Source of the DNA: Entomortierella parvispora E1425
Lineage: Eukaryota > Fungi > Mortierellomycota
Direction: 5' to 3'
NCBI GenBank assembly: GCA_020891255.1
Contig: BQFW01000005.1
Span: 310,001 to 374,000 of the forward strand
Length of the DNA: 64,000 nt
Shown: positions 23,088 through 34,826 of the stretch, piece by piece
Position numbering within the stretch: the stretch's first letter is position 1
How the letters are laid out: the number at the start of each line of letters is the position of its first letter
Program-made: the position numbers and the translations under genes
Notes under the pieces: generated by a model
Told to the model about the DNA's origin: nothing
Databases searched by the model: none
What the model saw: only the letters and a program-made list of their open reading frames with translations

Positions 23088-23778
23088 GCTCCCGTCCGGG
23101 TGTCCCGGAGCACGTACGTTGCAGTATAGCTGATCAGACGGGAGCAGCAAAGACGGAGGAACGTGTGGCGCGGAACTGTGCGGCGACCACGGCGACGGCA
23201 TTGTGGAAGAATGTTGCCTTAACTTGAACTGGCCGGCTGACCTAACTTTGGAGGTAGAGAGTTCCGGAAGAAAAAAATTAAGGAATCTCTATGAGAACTG
23301 AGCTTCATGAAGACTGTGAACTGTGATGAGAGAGAGATGGCTGGAAACCACTTCACTTCACCTCGACAAGAGAAGAAGCCGGCAAATCGTCCCCCGACCG
23401 GACTTTTTTTTTCTTTGCCGTCCCGACAGTATTGGTTTTCAAATTTCAAGTTCAAGACGCTGCTTCAAATAGCGAGAAAGAAGCAGAGGTGCTTTTTGGC
23501 CAAGCCCTCCAGCTCTTGGCCATGCCCCTCAGAGTCACAGCGCAAAGTCTCTGTATGATTATTTTTCATCCAGACTCCTTTTGCTCTCTACCCCCAGCAA
23601 GAGAAGCCAGCCGACCACTTCAAGGCAAGCCAACATTTTTACGAATCGACGGATTCACCAACAATGCCGTCGCCGTGGTCGCCGTCCCATTCCGTGCACC
23701 ACGTGCTCCAGCGCTTTGCTGCTCCCGTTAATCAGCTATACTGATAACGTACGTGCTCCGGGACACCCGGACGGGAGC
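23088..23778. repeat. Long imperfect inverted repeat (arms ~23088-23330 and ~23530-23778)
   Basis: The reverse complement of the left arm matches the right arm, including ACAATGCCGTCGCCGTGGTCGCCG and AACGTACGTGCTCCGGGACACCCGGACGGGAGC exactly. Confidence 0.85.
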
Positions 23779-24454
23779 TAGTAACTGATAGAGAAATAAA
23801 AACCATGATCATTGGAAGTATTAATGCCACTATTCACCTGCAGAAAGAAACAAGAGAATCGCGGAGAAAGGTAATGGAGAAAGTGACAAACACGCGTAAA
23901 ACGGAAGACGGACTGAAAACACGCCAAAGCTCATGGCTTTGAACGCGCCGCGTTATTCCCACAGGGACAACTCGAAAAAATAGAACCAACCAGTCATAAA
24001 TGTGAAGCCCGTCCAAACGCCGTTGACATGTCCAAAAGTTCCGATCGACTGTGCGCCCATGCTAAAACTACGACATTTGGAGCATGATACAGCCCCGCGT
24101 GAAGGCGGCGTTGAAAAGAGGTCTCGCAGTGGCAAGGAGACAGTTCTCAATGTGCGCGTTCTTTTTTTGGCCTACGGGAGCTGACAACAGAACCAGCAAA
24201 TGAAAAAGACGATTGGTATTTACTGACTCCCAATCCTTACTCTCAGTGGCAGTGTTACTCCACGCGAGCGTCAATCCTCGGAGAGTGGATATCCAAATAT
24301 TACCAAGGATCTTCAAAGTCCTCTTGGTTTCAGTAAGATGATCGTATTGGGAGAATCGGCCTCTGTCTGGCCTCAAATTTATTTCAGATCCGTCGGAGGC
24401 ACTGCCATCTTCCGTGATGGTGCTCGATACCGATCTTGTTCAAGTCTTCTTTTT

Positions 24455-24646
24455 TTATCCAAAGAGTTTGCAGCACGCTTGGTTGCTCTTGCTGCAGCTT
24501 CCTTCGTAGTTGAAAGAAGGTGGAGGGCATCGTCTGTCAGCTCCCACATCAATGCAGGTGCCTTCCCAGAGCCATCCACAGCTCTCGGCCAAGACGGCCG
24601 GGAGAAGGGACGAGAAAAGGAGCGCGGCGGCAGCGTAAATCTTCAT
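24455..24646 (-). CDS. Small secreted six-cysteine peptide, beta-defensin-like
   Basis: Signal peptide MKIYAAAALLFSSLLPAVLA; mature ESCGWLWEGTCIDVGADRRCPPPSFNYEGSCSKSNQACCKLFG (C-x7-C-x8-C-x10-C-x6-CC). CAAAATG start context, upstream TATA and a 5'UTR intron. Confidence 0.8.
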   Translation of the reverse strand: MKIYAAAALLFSSLLPAVLAESCGWLWEGTCIDVGADRRCPPPSFNYEGSCSKSNQACCKLFG

Positions 24647-24930
24647 TTTGTTTTCTTAGAGTTGAAAACGTAACCACCATGTTAATGGCAACTGTGAAGA
24701 AAATGGATAGATATTTACTGGGCACAGAGGATACAGCAAACCATTCTTACTTGTTTTCGGTGGTTGTACGAATTCAAGGAAACCCAGTTAGGAAGTGGAA
24801 GGCTCTTGCAGGCTGTGAACTTTGATCCTTGATGGCTGTCTGGAAGTGTGGGGGTTCTTGAGGGGACTTGCTTTGTCTTGAAAGGGGTTGGATGAGATGT
24901 GAGGTGAACCGTCTGGAGACGCGACTCTCC

Positions 24931-24938
24931 TTTATATA
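24931..24938 (-). promoter_or_regulatory. TATA box (TATATAAA) upstream of the defensin-like gene
   Basis: TATATAAA on the minus strand ~285 bp upstream of the ATG, with a GTAAGA...TTCACAG intron between them. Confidence 0.45.
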
Positions 24939-26270
24939 GTCCACAGGCTCTTCGTCCTCCATACTAGGGCTACGGGCTGTTGTCATTCCAGGTCAAGATA
25001 ATGTAGGCGCCAAGCTATTCCGGGATATTGCAAAGGGAGGAGTACTGAAAAAAATCAAGAGATACTAAAACCGGGATGCTGGTAGTCTGGTGGCACTGCC
25101 TGCCAAGGGATAGCAGCCGCGAAGTGGCCAAGATGTGTTCTTCGAGATGCGTTCCTGCACCGTCTTTCACGCCGCTTTTTGGCTACATGTTTCCTCTATC
25201 CTTCCAATTTTGTTTTCTTGAAAGATCCCTTCCATCAGTTTACGAAAAGGTGAAGTGCTTTCGACTGTCAAGTGAGTTTAGCACCTCACCTCGAACTCCG
25301 TTCAGCAGGTCGTTGGCTGTTTGTGAACTCTTGTCATTATAGCTTGGACGCGGCGCGCGGCGTGGGCGTTGGGCTGTCTATATCCCCACTTGATCCCGTC
25401 GACAAGATTTTGATTTTTTCTTATAGATTGCCTCCAAAAATAAAAGAACAGAAAGCTGCAACATGTCGGCGACTTCAAGAACGACTTGAGGCTGAAGATA
25501 ATGAGGACATGAACTCTTTCAAGGGTGGAGCAGCTCCGTTTACGATGGTTATCATTTGAAAGCTGTGGCTGCGACCATCAAAAAAAAAAAAAAAAAAAGG
25601 GGGGTGGGACACTTTCGCCTATTTATTTGATGGTGGGTAGATGGTGGGTAGATGGTGCATAGTACATTTGGGTGAAAGACCATCTGAGGACTTCTGAAAT
25701 AACAATGGATGGTCTGTTTGCCAATGGTGTTTGAACGGCGGAACAGAATTCGGGTCGATCGCCGCTCTGCGCTTGAGAGTCGCCCACTGTCTTGAAAATA
25801 GGAAAACGCTAACAAGCAAGCCAACCCCAGCCCCCCAGCCCTACTCTTAAATCACCTTGAGAACAAACGACTACAGCGTCTCGAAGTTTGTGGGTAGTCA
25901 TGTTGCTGGCAGTCACTCAAAGTTTAATACCATATGGGAAGATATTGTATAACACGACATAATACTCTAGACACTACACTATGAACCCGTGAGTTGGCCC
26001 TTAACCCTGCGGGTAGCGACAAAGATTGGTACTCAAACTGATGGCTCCATACAGGGAGGGAGTTGCCTTTTGCATTGATGGGCCAGCTAAGACCATGGCA
26101 ACTTAATTGCTCTTCTCGGCCTCATTTTCCGCCTCTGTTGTTTGAACAGAGTCCTTAGAGGCGAGTCCTTCCTACACTTTTTCTTGCACTTTTTGAATAG
26201 ACCGATGGCGTTCTGGTCATCTTTGAAAGTACTTTTTTTTTTCCTTCACATGCAGTCAAGGCCCATCATT

Positions 26271-27460
26271 CTAACAATAGGCCTCCTGCAATTTGGTGCA
26301 TTCCCTCCGCCAGGGTGTTACGACTTGGCCATTCATAGTCTTGGATGGCTTCAGAATGAAGTAGTAGAGCCTGCGGCCTATATTGACCGGTGAACCCAGC
26401 CTTTTGCCAGTCATCAGGCCAGTTTCTCGGCGGAAAGGGACGGACCATGTAACGAACTCGAGTGTAGGCCACCGATTGACAAGCCGATAGTGCAAGTCTA
26501 CGCGGTAGTACTCACTTACGAGCGAGCTCCAGACTAGAGCCCGGGTTCTGAGGCAGCCATTGTGATTGTTGTTGCTGCTGCTGTCGTTGTCACTGTCACT
26601 GCGGCTGCAGTTACTGCTGTTGAAATAGTGGCTATTGTTGACGTGGCTGTTGCTCTGGTTGTTGCCGCTGATTCTGACGTCTCTGTTACTGCTTCCCGAA
26701 CCCAGAGACAGTGAGAGTCTATGGATAAGTGAAGGCGTCTATTCTTGCTCTCTGGATCTCAAACGTTTGAAGATTTGTTTGCGAGGAGGCCCGCTGAAAA
26801 CGTCGGCACTTGTGAGTCGAATAAAGGCGGGAGGGTGCAGCCTCCCAATGTCAGAGAGAGATAGGTGCCTTAGTCCACCTCCCCGACGAACGACCTGCAA
26901 GATGGTATGCAGCTCCGATGACACCAGAGGCTGAACTCGAGGAAAGGTGAAATGAACCGATTCCAACTTTTGCCTCGCTCTTTCGGTTCGACCGGCGAGC
27001 AACATCTGGCTGTGGACCACTCCTTGCGAACTCTCGAACGATCTCAGTCCCTCCAGGGAGGCTTGGAAGGCTAACTGGGAAGAGGCTCGGAGGAAACGTC
27101 TGCATTGGTCAGCGTCGAATACAGGCGAACGTCGCTCCAGCGTTCCCGAGACCACATTCCGTTCCACTGAAAAGACACCTTGCAACACCTGGCAATGCTT
27201 GCATGCCCAAGGTATGTTACGATCGCTGTGGCAATCTTTGGAGGCAAGTAATTTCAGGATGTGATTCGAGGGGCTGGGACGGGGGCGAGGAATATGGTAG
27301 GAGAAGGCACCTGTTGGACTGTATTTGCAGTGACGGTCTGCGCTCGTTCACGCGTTAGCGGTCCCAAACCGACCTCAAGGCCCTTGACACCACTGTACTG
27401 TACATATGAGTTTATCTTTCCTTAGAGAGATGAACACAAATCAACTGAATTGACTTCCAG
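26271..27460 (-). pseudogene. Truncated, frameshifted third F-box/LRR paralogue fused to unrelated sequence
   Basis: 27460-26835 is homologous to the 5' part of copies A and B, with a +2 nt frameshift at ~27110. Homology stops after LRHLSLSDIGRLHP. An in-frame TAG lies at 26739. Confidence 0.75.
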
Positions 27461-28030
27461 CTTTGGCAACTGTTTGTCTGTGTATCAGCCCTCAAGGACT
27501 TCCAACGTATAGGAGAGAAGCTCAACAGTGATACTAGAGCGTCTGTGCCAATTCTTGCAGCGACCGTGAAGAATCCGTCCAGTTGAAATTGAGTTTATGA
27601 GCTGGTTGCAAAGACTATCTTAACGGCCAGTGGAGTGAACAAGGATCGAAACTGACGGCGGCAGTCGAGGAATAATATGAAGGTCGGTCTTCTCGATTGA
27701 GTTGTTCATATTTGCAGGAACGGTTTGGATAGGTTTGACCATGCGGGATATGTGGGTGAAGCGGGAGGGTAGAATGGCTACGTTTAATGTAATTGGAGAG
27801 AACAAGAAGCACACAGATACGCTTCGTGCGCTTTTTTGCCTACTGATTCAATATTTCAAACTTTTTTCTCTTAAATACGTTCGTCTGGTACTGATGACCA
27901 TGCAGGTTGTCGACTACGTCCAGCCCATGCTACGCGTCATTACTGATTAAACAGGAGCAGAGGCGATACGAAGATGTGGAGTCCCATCTTGTGCCGAATC
28001 ACACGTCTCTTTGCAGAGCGCCGCAAAGCG

Positions 28031-28399
28031 GCAGGCGCACCCAAGATAGACGCGTGCCCTGCACAATTTGTCCATTCCATTCCATTTCTCAAGGAAGATC
28101 TTAAACGTGCAATACTATCTGGAGTCAGGTTCGTCCACAAGGCCAGTTCGACAGCGGCGTGCCCTTGGTTGTCATTGTTGTTCCTCTCAGTTTGCCCAGT
28201 GGATTGATAAAGTCAATAGCAACAAGCCCTTAGTCTAAGAAAAATAGTCGATGAATGACTTCTTTCTCATGAACGAGAGGCTGGTCCTTCCTTCTGCTTG
28301 TTATCTGAACTTCAAGGAATCGAGTCGACTCGACAAAACAAAACAAAGACACCCCTCCCCCTCCCAGCATTCCTAAAAAAAAAAAAAAAAAAAAAAAAA
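28031..28399 (+). mobile_element. Degenerate relic of the direct-repeat element ending in a 25-nt poly(A)
   Basis: GCGTGCCCTGCACAATTTGTC matches the ribozyme core. 28090-28374 is homologous to ~3450-3725, followed by A25. Confidence 0.55.
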
Positions 28400-28619
28400 C
28401 CACTAGAAACTCAAACTCATGACATAGTTTGATCAACAGGCAACCCTCCCAGGCATGGTCACTTTTGATGATGATGACAAACAACTGCGAGGTTTTTTAC
28501 TAATTAGTCCTGATGCAGGACAATACAACTGCAAGATAATATACAATATAATGTAATGTACAAGATACATCAATGGCCGCACCACCTGCATCTCCTCAAC
28601 CTGAGAGAGTTCACGGGAC

Positions 28620-30635
28620 TCATGGGAGAGAGGGAAACGCCGAGCCGACTCCATGAGGATGCCTGGCCATCCATGCCTTGACCTCGTGAAGGATCTCTCC
28701 TTGCCACTTGTCCGGCACTGAAAATCCGACGCGATCGTAAAGGCCCACGATGGTGCGTAACACCGGCCAGTTCTCCCGCATCCATTCGAGTTCCAGCACA
28801 CCAATCTTGTGGGCCATCTTAGAGACATCTAAGACCCTCAGCCTCTTCAAGCCTGCCAGTTCATCTAGACCAGACGAGAGAGACATCGAGATGCAGTGGA
28901 GTTGTTCAGGCTGTGGAGCTCCAGAAGAAATCGACCTGTTGTCTCGTGGCATGCGAGTTATGGTAGACACCCTGCTGGAGGGGCCATATCCAAGGCAAAG
29001 CTCTTTGAGCGAAGTAAGTTGCCCCAATTGACCGTAAACCCTTTGTATCTCGTTTGTTGCCTCGTCTTCTTGGTGTGAGACAAGGGAATTGGTGCTGTCT
29101 GAACCATTGCTTGGGCTAGCGATCCAATCGATAAGGTCTGAGCGCGGGATCCCCCCGATATTGATTGCAAGAGACTCGAGTCCCAAGCATGACCAAGACG
29201 ACGGGGCATCATCACCGGGGTTCAAAGGCGCTTCAGGTTCGGTCTTGACTGGCGCAACTTGACCGTCGCTCGCTTGGCTTGTCTCCCCGATCTCCTGCTC
29301 TACGACAGCGCTCTCCACTACGGGATCAAACAATCCACCAAAATCCATCGGCTCATATTGGATATGATGAGCAGCTATTTCCAGGTCGAACTGTTGAACA
29401 AGCGGACGAGAGAAGGTCAGGCCGCTCAACACCTTAAGATTTTCTGCCGCAACTAGAAGCTCCTGGAGGAACTCTCCGCTAAAACCGACGATGCCCTCCA
29501 CCACCAAGGCCTCCAATATCGACGCGCCACCAAGAAGAAGGGATCGCGTGAGGTTACCAATAGATCCAGACGGTGACAGAGAGAGGTGCTGAAACTTCAC
29601 TCCTTCTAGGAAAAGGCCCAAGATGTTGTCGGTGACCCTCGGGACGTCGTAAGTAAAACTTTTGAGACTTGGTAACTGGGTGCGGACAACCGAGCTCAGG
29701 CGAGTTGGTGCCATTGACCAGGCACGATGCCGATGGATCTCAAGCACTTTAAGGTTTGGGCAGCGTTGTAGGAAGGCCACCAAAAGTTCCTCGGGAACCA
29801 GCCCACTCACGGAGAAATGCTCCAGTACTGGCAGAGTAGGCAACACATCGTTGGGCACAGATCCCCAGCCCCGTCCGTTCTCAACATAGCCGAGTACATC
29901 GAAGTCCACAAATAAGGACCGGAGAACACCAGATTCAATCCAAAAGATGGTGCAAGTGGATCTAGGGTCGTTACCCTGCATAGGACTCAGTCTCCTAATT
30001 CCAGACAGAGACAGATGCCTGAGTGCACCAGCCCGACGCACGACCTCCAAGATAGTCTCCAGTTCGGATGCCACCAGAACTTGGACTTGAGGAAAGGCCA
30101 AATGAACCGATTCCAACATTCGCATCGTTCCTTCGGCTCGACCAGAGAGCAGGATCTGACCGTGGGCCAGCCCTTGAGAACTCTCAAGAGATTTCAGTTG
30201 GTCCAAGGAGGCTTGGAAGATTAGCTGGGAAGACGCGCGGAGGAAACGTCGGCACTGGACAGGCGAATACAGACGTACGTTTCTCCAAAGTTCTCGGGAC
30301 CATACTCCGCTCCACTGCAGAGAGACCCTGCAACACCTGGCTATACTTGCATGGCCAAGATATCCTGCTATCGTCGGGGCAATCTCCGGAGGCAAGTAGT
30401 TCCAAGACGTGATACGAGGGGCGGGGACGAGGGCGAAAGAAAGCACAGGAGAAGGCTCCTGTTGGACTGTGTGTTCAACGACAGTCTGAACTCGCTCGCG
30501 TGTGAGTTGCTGCTCCCAAACAGATCTCCATGTTCTCGACACCAATTTGCAGTTCAGTTTGTCTTCCCTGGAGAGATAAACACAAATGAGAGAAGCAACT
30601 TCAGGCCAAAGTAGATCCCAAGAACTGTTGGTCAT
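28620..30635 (-). CDS. Tandem F-box / LRR-like protein (copy B), intronless
   Basis: Long ORF with two F-box-like motifs (WDLLWPEVASLICVYLSREDKLNCKLVSRTW; WNYLPPEIAPTIAGYL..ARCCRVSLQW) and LRR-like repeats. First ATG at 30635; the ORF track starts at a GTG. Confidence 0.9.
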   Translation of the reverse strand: MTNSSWDLLWPEVASLICVYLSREDKLNCKLVSRTWRSVWEQQLTRERVQTVVEHTVQQEPSPVLSFALVPAPRITSWNYLPPEIAPTIAGYLGHASIARCCRVSLQWSGVWSRELWRNVRLYSPVQCRRFLRASSQLIFQASLDQLKSLESSQGLAHGQILLSGRAEGTMRMLESVHLAFPQVQVLVASELETILEVVRRAGALRHLSLSGIRRLSPMQGNDPRSTCTIFWIESGVLRSLFVDFDVLGYVENGRGWGSVPNDVLPTLPVLEHFSVSGLVPEELLVAFLQRCPNLKVLEIHRHRAWSMAPTRLSSVVRTQLPSLKSFTYDVPRVTDNILGLFLEGVKFQHLSLSPSGSIGNLTRSLLLGGASILEALVVEGIVGFSGEFLQELLVAAENLKVLSGLTFSRPLVQQFDLEIAAHHIQYEPMDFGGLFDPVVESAVVEQEIGETSQASDGQVAPVKTEPEAPLNPGDDAPSSWSCLGLESLAINIGGIPRSDLIDWIASPSNGSDSTNSLVSHQEDEATNEIQRVYGQLGQLTSLKELCLGYGPSSRVSTITRMPRDNRSISSGAPQPEQLHCISMSLSSGLDELAGLKRLRVLDVSKMAHKIGVLELEWMRENWPVLRTIVGLYDRVGFSVPDKWQGEILHEVKAWMARHPHGVGSAFPSLP

Positions 30636-31008
30636 AGCTGTAACGAGAGGTGGTTGGTGGACGTTGTTATTATTGTCTTTAGAGAAGATACTATAGAGTA
30701 GGTTCACTTGGAGACTTGATCCGGGTCAGAGAGGACAAAGTGGGCCAGGCGGGAGAACAAGCGAGAGAAACGGGCGAAGCCCGGTGGCAAATTCAGAGCG
30801 GCAGAGACGGCGCGAGTCGTATCGAGGGGGGGTTCCTTCTCTTGAGGAATCAACAATCAGACAGACAGACAGACAAGCAATCAGACAAGCAATCAGACCA
30901 ATCAGGCAATGAGTCTTCACGTTGATGCAATGCACGCGTGCAATGAAGAAGAGAGATTGCTGATGAGTGAATCCCCTTTCCCAGCGGCACCCCTTTTATA
31001 TTTTATAT

Positions 31009-31840
31009 TTTACATGCACCCCGCACGCGTCAACGGACAATGGACGTTCTCAATATTGTCGCGCACATACCCCTTCAAAAAACAGTCACCTCTGCCGCAG
31101 CACTTGAGCCACCCATGTACCATAAAGCACATGTCCTTCCGTCATTCCCTCTTGCTCATCAACCAAACCCTTCCGAATGAACTGCACTACTTTTGGACGC
31201 CTACAACGCAACGACTCCTTAGTACTTCGATCTGGCGGAAACCACTCTCACTTCGATCCCGATCCGGCAACACTACTATCTATTACTCTCAAAGACATGC
31301 CTTTCTGCTGGCTTGCTTTTTCTTGCTGCTGTTTTTGCTGTTTTTGCTGGTTTTTGCTTGTTGTTGGATGTTGGTTGGTGTTTATGGTCGGTGTGGGTTG
31401 TGGGTTGTGGGTTGTGGGTGGCGGGTTGTGGGTTGTGGGTTGTTGGTTGTTGGTTGTGGGTTGGTTGTGGGTTGGTTGTGGGTTGGTTGTTGGTTGTTAT
31501 TTGTTGTTTCTTTCGTTTCTCCCCCATGTCTTGCTCTCAGGTCGACCGCTGCCCTCTTACAACCCCGCCCCCAGTTAGCGAAGGACGACCTGTGTGTGGG
31601 TGAGCCCCTATCTGAATTTATTCTAGTCGCTGCTCGAAGAGGGGGGTGAGTAGGGGAACCACAGAGGCGTCGCTGGGTTAACTTATCGGGAATGTGTCTT
31701 CGACCTGACCGGCACCCAAGGTAAGTCAAGGTAAGTGGGGTGCGATGGCCTGCCGCCTGCTCGTTGGCGTCCCCTGCACAACTCGCTTATTTCTCTTTTC
31801 GAAGAGAGATGACAGTTGACTGAGAGCAGGCCCAGATAGA
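31009..31840 (+). repeat. Direct repeat B1
   Basis: Same repeat family as A1 and A2. Confidence 0.9.
31737..31832 (+). ncRNA. HDV-like ribozyme candidate (B1)
   Basis: Same core. P1 3' strand GTCCCCT gives one mismatch. P4 variant with a TTCG loop. Putative catalytic C31820. Confidence 0.62.
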
Positions 31841-32651
31841 AACTGGGTTTTTTTATGGCGAACCAAATAAATATGATGTAACTCAACCATTCTCTCCCTC
31901 CCCCTCTCCCTCTCCCTGGGTACTGGCCCGCCATGATGTAGTTGGCGTTCAATTTGCTGGGAATCTTGGGTTTCGGTCGGTTGCGAAATCGGGAACCCCT
32001 TCAACGACGAATTGCAACGATTTGCCCTTGGATGATTTCTGCAAGGTTATCCAAGCAGAAGTCAAGTCGCTGGTAGCCACCCGTTTGCCTGTCCCATCTG
32101 ACTGGATCTTTTCCTGTAGCAACTACCCTCTTTCCAGCCGAGATTGCCAGCCAAGGAGCTCTTGGCCCTGTCACTGGAAAAAGCCCACGAGTTGATGGCT
32201 CAGGATAGCCAGGGAATATCTTCAAGATGCTCAAGACCTGTGCCTGGCAACAACAGTGGATGCGTGGGCTATCTGGTGCCTGGTTCCATCACCCACAGGG
32301 CCTTCCACGTCGTACAGTGCATTGACCAAGGTCAACAGCAGCAAGACCTTCGTCTAAAAAAACTGTGATGAATGCATTCTTTTATGATCAACAGGCTTTG
32401 GTCCTTCCTTCTCTTCCATCTGAACTTCAAGAAATCGAGTCGACTCTACAAAACAAGCAAAGACCCCTCCCAGCATTCCAAAGATAATAATAAAAACGCC
32501 TGACATTCATCACCTCACTGCATCCTCGCTCTTCCATCGGAGGACTCAGTCCAGTCGGGTAGCCGTCGAGGATCGTTCAAGAGCTCATAATTGGTCTTTC
32601 ATTGCCATTAAAGTCATGCTTGACAACTATATCACTTTATTGGCAGTAGCT

Positions 32652-32728
32652 GGGGTGAGATGGTCTGCCGCCTGATCGCTGGGGCGCCTTTCCCTTTGAG
32701 AAGAGAGAGGGTTGACTGAGAGCAGGCC
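32652..32728 (+). ncRNA. Divergent internal HDV-like ribozyme candidate (B-int)
   Basis: Counterpart of 3898-3974 with the GA/TC P1.1 variant. Confidence 0.5.
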
Positions 32729-34826
32729 CAAAGAGTCATAGATTCCTTTGTAGTAACATGAACAAAGAATGATCGAGCTTCAACAGCGTTTCCACTTTGT
32801 CATGTAAATCCGGGTTTCCTGACTTTGATCGCGATTCGTAGACAATCCTTTGAACGACCAGCGCGGCTCATTTCGAATCCGTGAAACTTCTTACTTTTGG
32901 TCTCTTGCCAAATGTTGATCGGCAAAATGGCTCACTAAATGCTCTGTGGAATGCCCAACTTGGAAGGATTTTGTGGCCATGGCGCTCAGGGACAAGGAGA
33001 CGGTAGAGGATCGTTGGTTGGGTGCTGGCGCGGATTTCGAGGAACTCATTTCCGGGATTTGGTTGACGAGATTTTCAGTGAATCTTCTTGTTTCAGCTTT
33101 GGCCGTCAAAAGGTCCTTGGTACGAGAAGGCCTATTAGTTGTCAATGAAAAAAAGGTGGATTTAGCCGCATTGACAACAACCCCAGCCCATGGAGGCTGG
33201 AGCAGGAGGGGGGGAGATGAAAGGAATAGACCGGATTGCTGACTGCTGGGAGTGACTTGAGAGGCAGCGCAACACAAGATTCTCACCCCCGACACAAGAG
33301 CGTGCTCCTGTCCATCCCCGACAGAAACAAAACTCGAGCATCTCGACCCCAAACATATCCCAGATAACGTACTAACGACAAAGGTACTGCTCCCTACTCG
33401 CAAGCAAGTAGAGAAAAGAGGCTCAGCTACACGGCCTCACAGCACTCGCTTTGCCCTCATAGCCGGTCCGAACCACCTTCCTTCTTATCCAACGACGTGC
33501 CAAGAATAACAGACCCATCCTGCTCCGTGAACACGACAGAAGGACTCCAAACGAAAGCCGATGGAACTCCGTAAATGAGAATATGCCCAGAAGACAACGC
33601 TGGTCCACACACATCCTCACCGACTTGCGACCTCCCCAAACACCTTGCGGCAAGATCACAACCCAGTGAGAGAAGAACGGGGGAACATGGCATACAAAAG
33701 AAACAAAAATAAATAGAAACGCGTCTGCCGCTGACCGAAGGTTGAGTACCCCTCCAACACCTCCAAGCGGGAATCCTCAATGACGGGTTGCTGGTTAAAG
33801 CAACGCGTTGAAGTCAACTCTTCCCTAAAGCGGTACAAAGTCTCCTTGACCTCAACTCCTCCTTTTCGCTGGTCTTGACAAGAACCAAGAGAATTCAATG
33901 GAGGCCCTTCATTCCATGTCCAGAGTCATGCAAGCAAGAAAATGTAAACAGAGTTCACATGGACCCGGGTGAGGAACGCCACCTGCACTCCCAAGCCCCG
34001 ACACAGCCATTACTTCTGTTTTCCGCCTGCCAAAGAGACATTCAGGGGGCAATGCCTCTCATTCTGCGCTTGGAACGTCGTTGAAGCGGTTGAAATGACC
34101 AGTCCTTCCCTGTTACATACCCCTTCAATGGCGATTGCGCACAATACCGCAGCCGGTTTGCAGCTCCCCGGAGTAGCTGCCTCTCAGCAATAAACACGAT
34201 ACTTACCTGCCCGGGTATCCCACGGCGGCAAAGTGGCGGAGTAGGTGGCCCATGGTGGGCGAAAGGGGAGGAGCAGTGGCCCTCGCGTGGGCGCGTCGTT
34301 TTGGGCCAACTTCAAGAATACAAGCCATCGAGAATGAAATTGTCACGTGCGTCGTCCCTTTTTCGTTTTCTCTTCTGATGAAATGATGAAAGGACAGCAT
34401 GGAGTCCGATGATGTCCTCGCTCGGAGCACTTCGCTCATGATTTTTTGCAACGCGCACCGGGGAGCGAGTCCCCGGCGAGCACGACCTGGAGACGCAGCA
34501 ATTACGACTGATGAAGAATACTACCTGAAATCGCCTTTGCTACAGAATAATACCTGAAGTCGCATTTGCTACAGAGCAGCAAGTGCGATCAAGGTAGGTG
34601 TCAACTCGTGGCGAGAGGAGTCTTTTTTTCATTTCGCGAACAACGAGAATGGCGACCAGAATGTGATGCCGCCCATCATGATGCCAAAAATCGCGTGTGG
34701 GGTATGTCAATTCGATCTGATACAGGATATTTGTCATGATCGAGGATTCCCCCCCGGTTTTGACTGGCGCGACTTGACTATCGCTGGCCTGCCTTGTCTC
34801 CCCGATCTCCTGCTTCCACGACAGCC

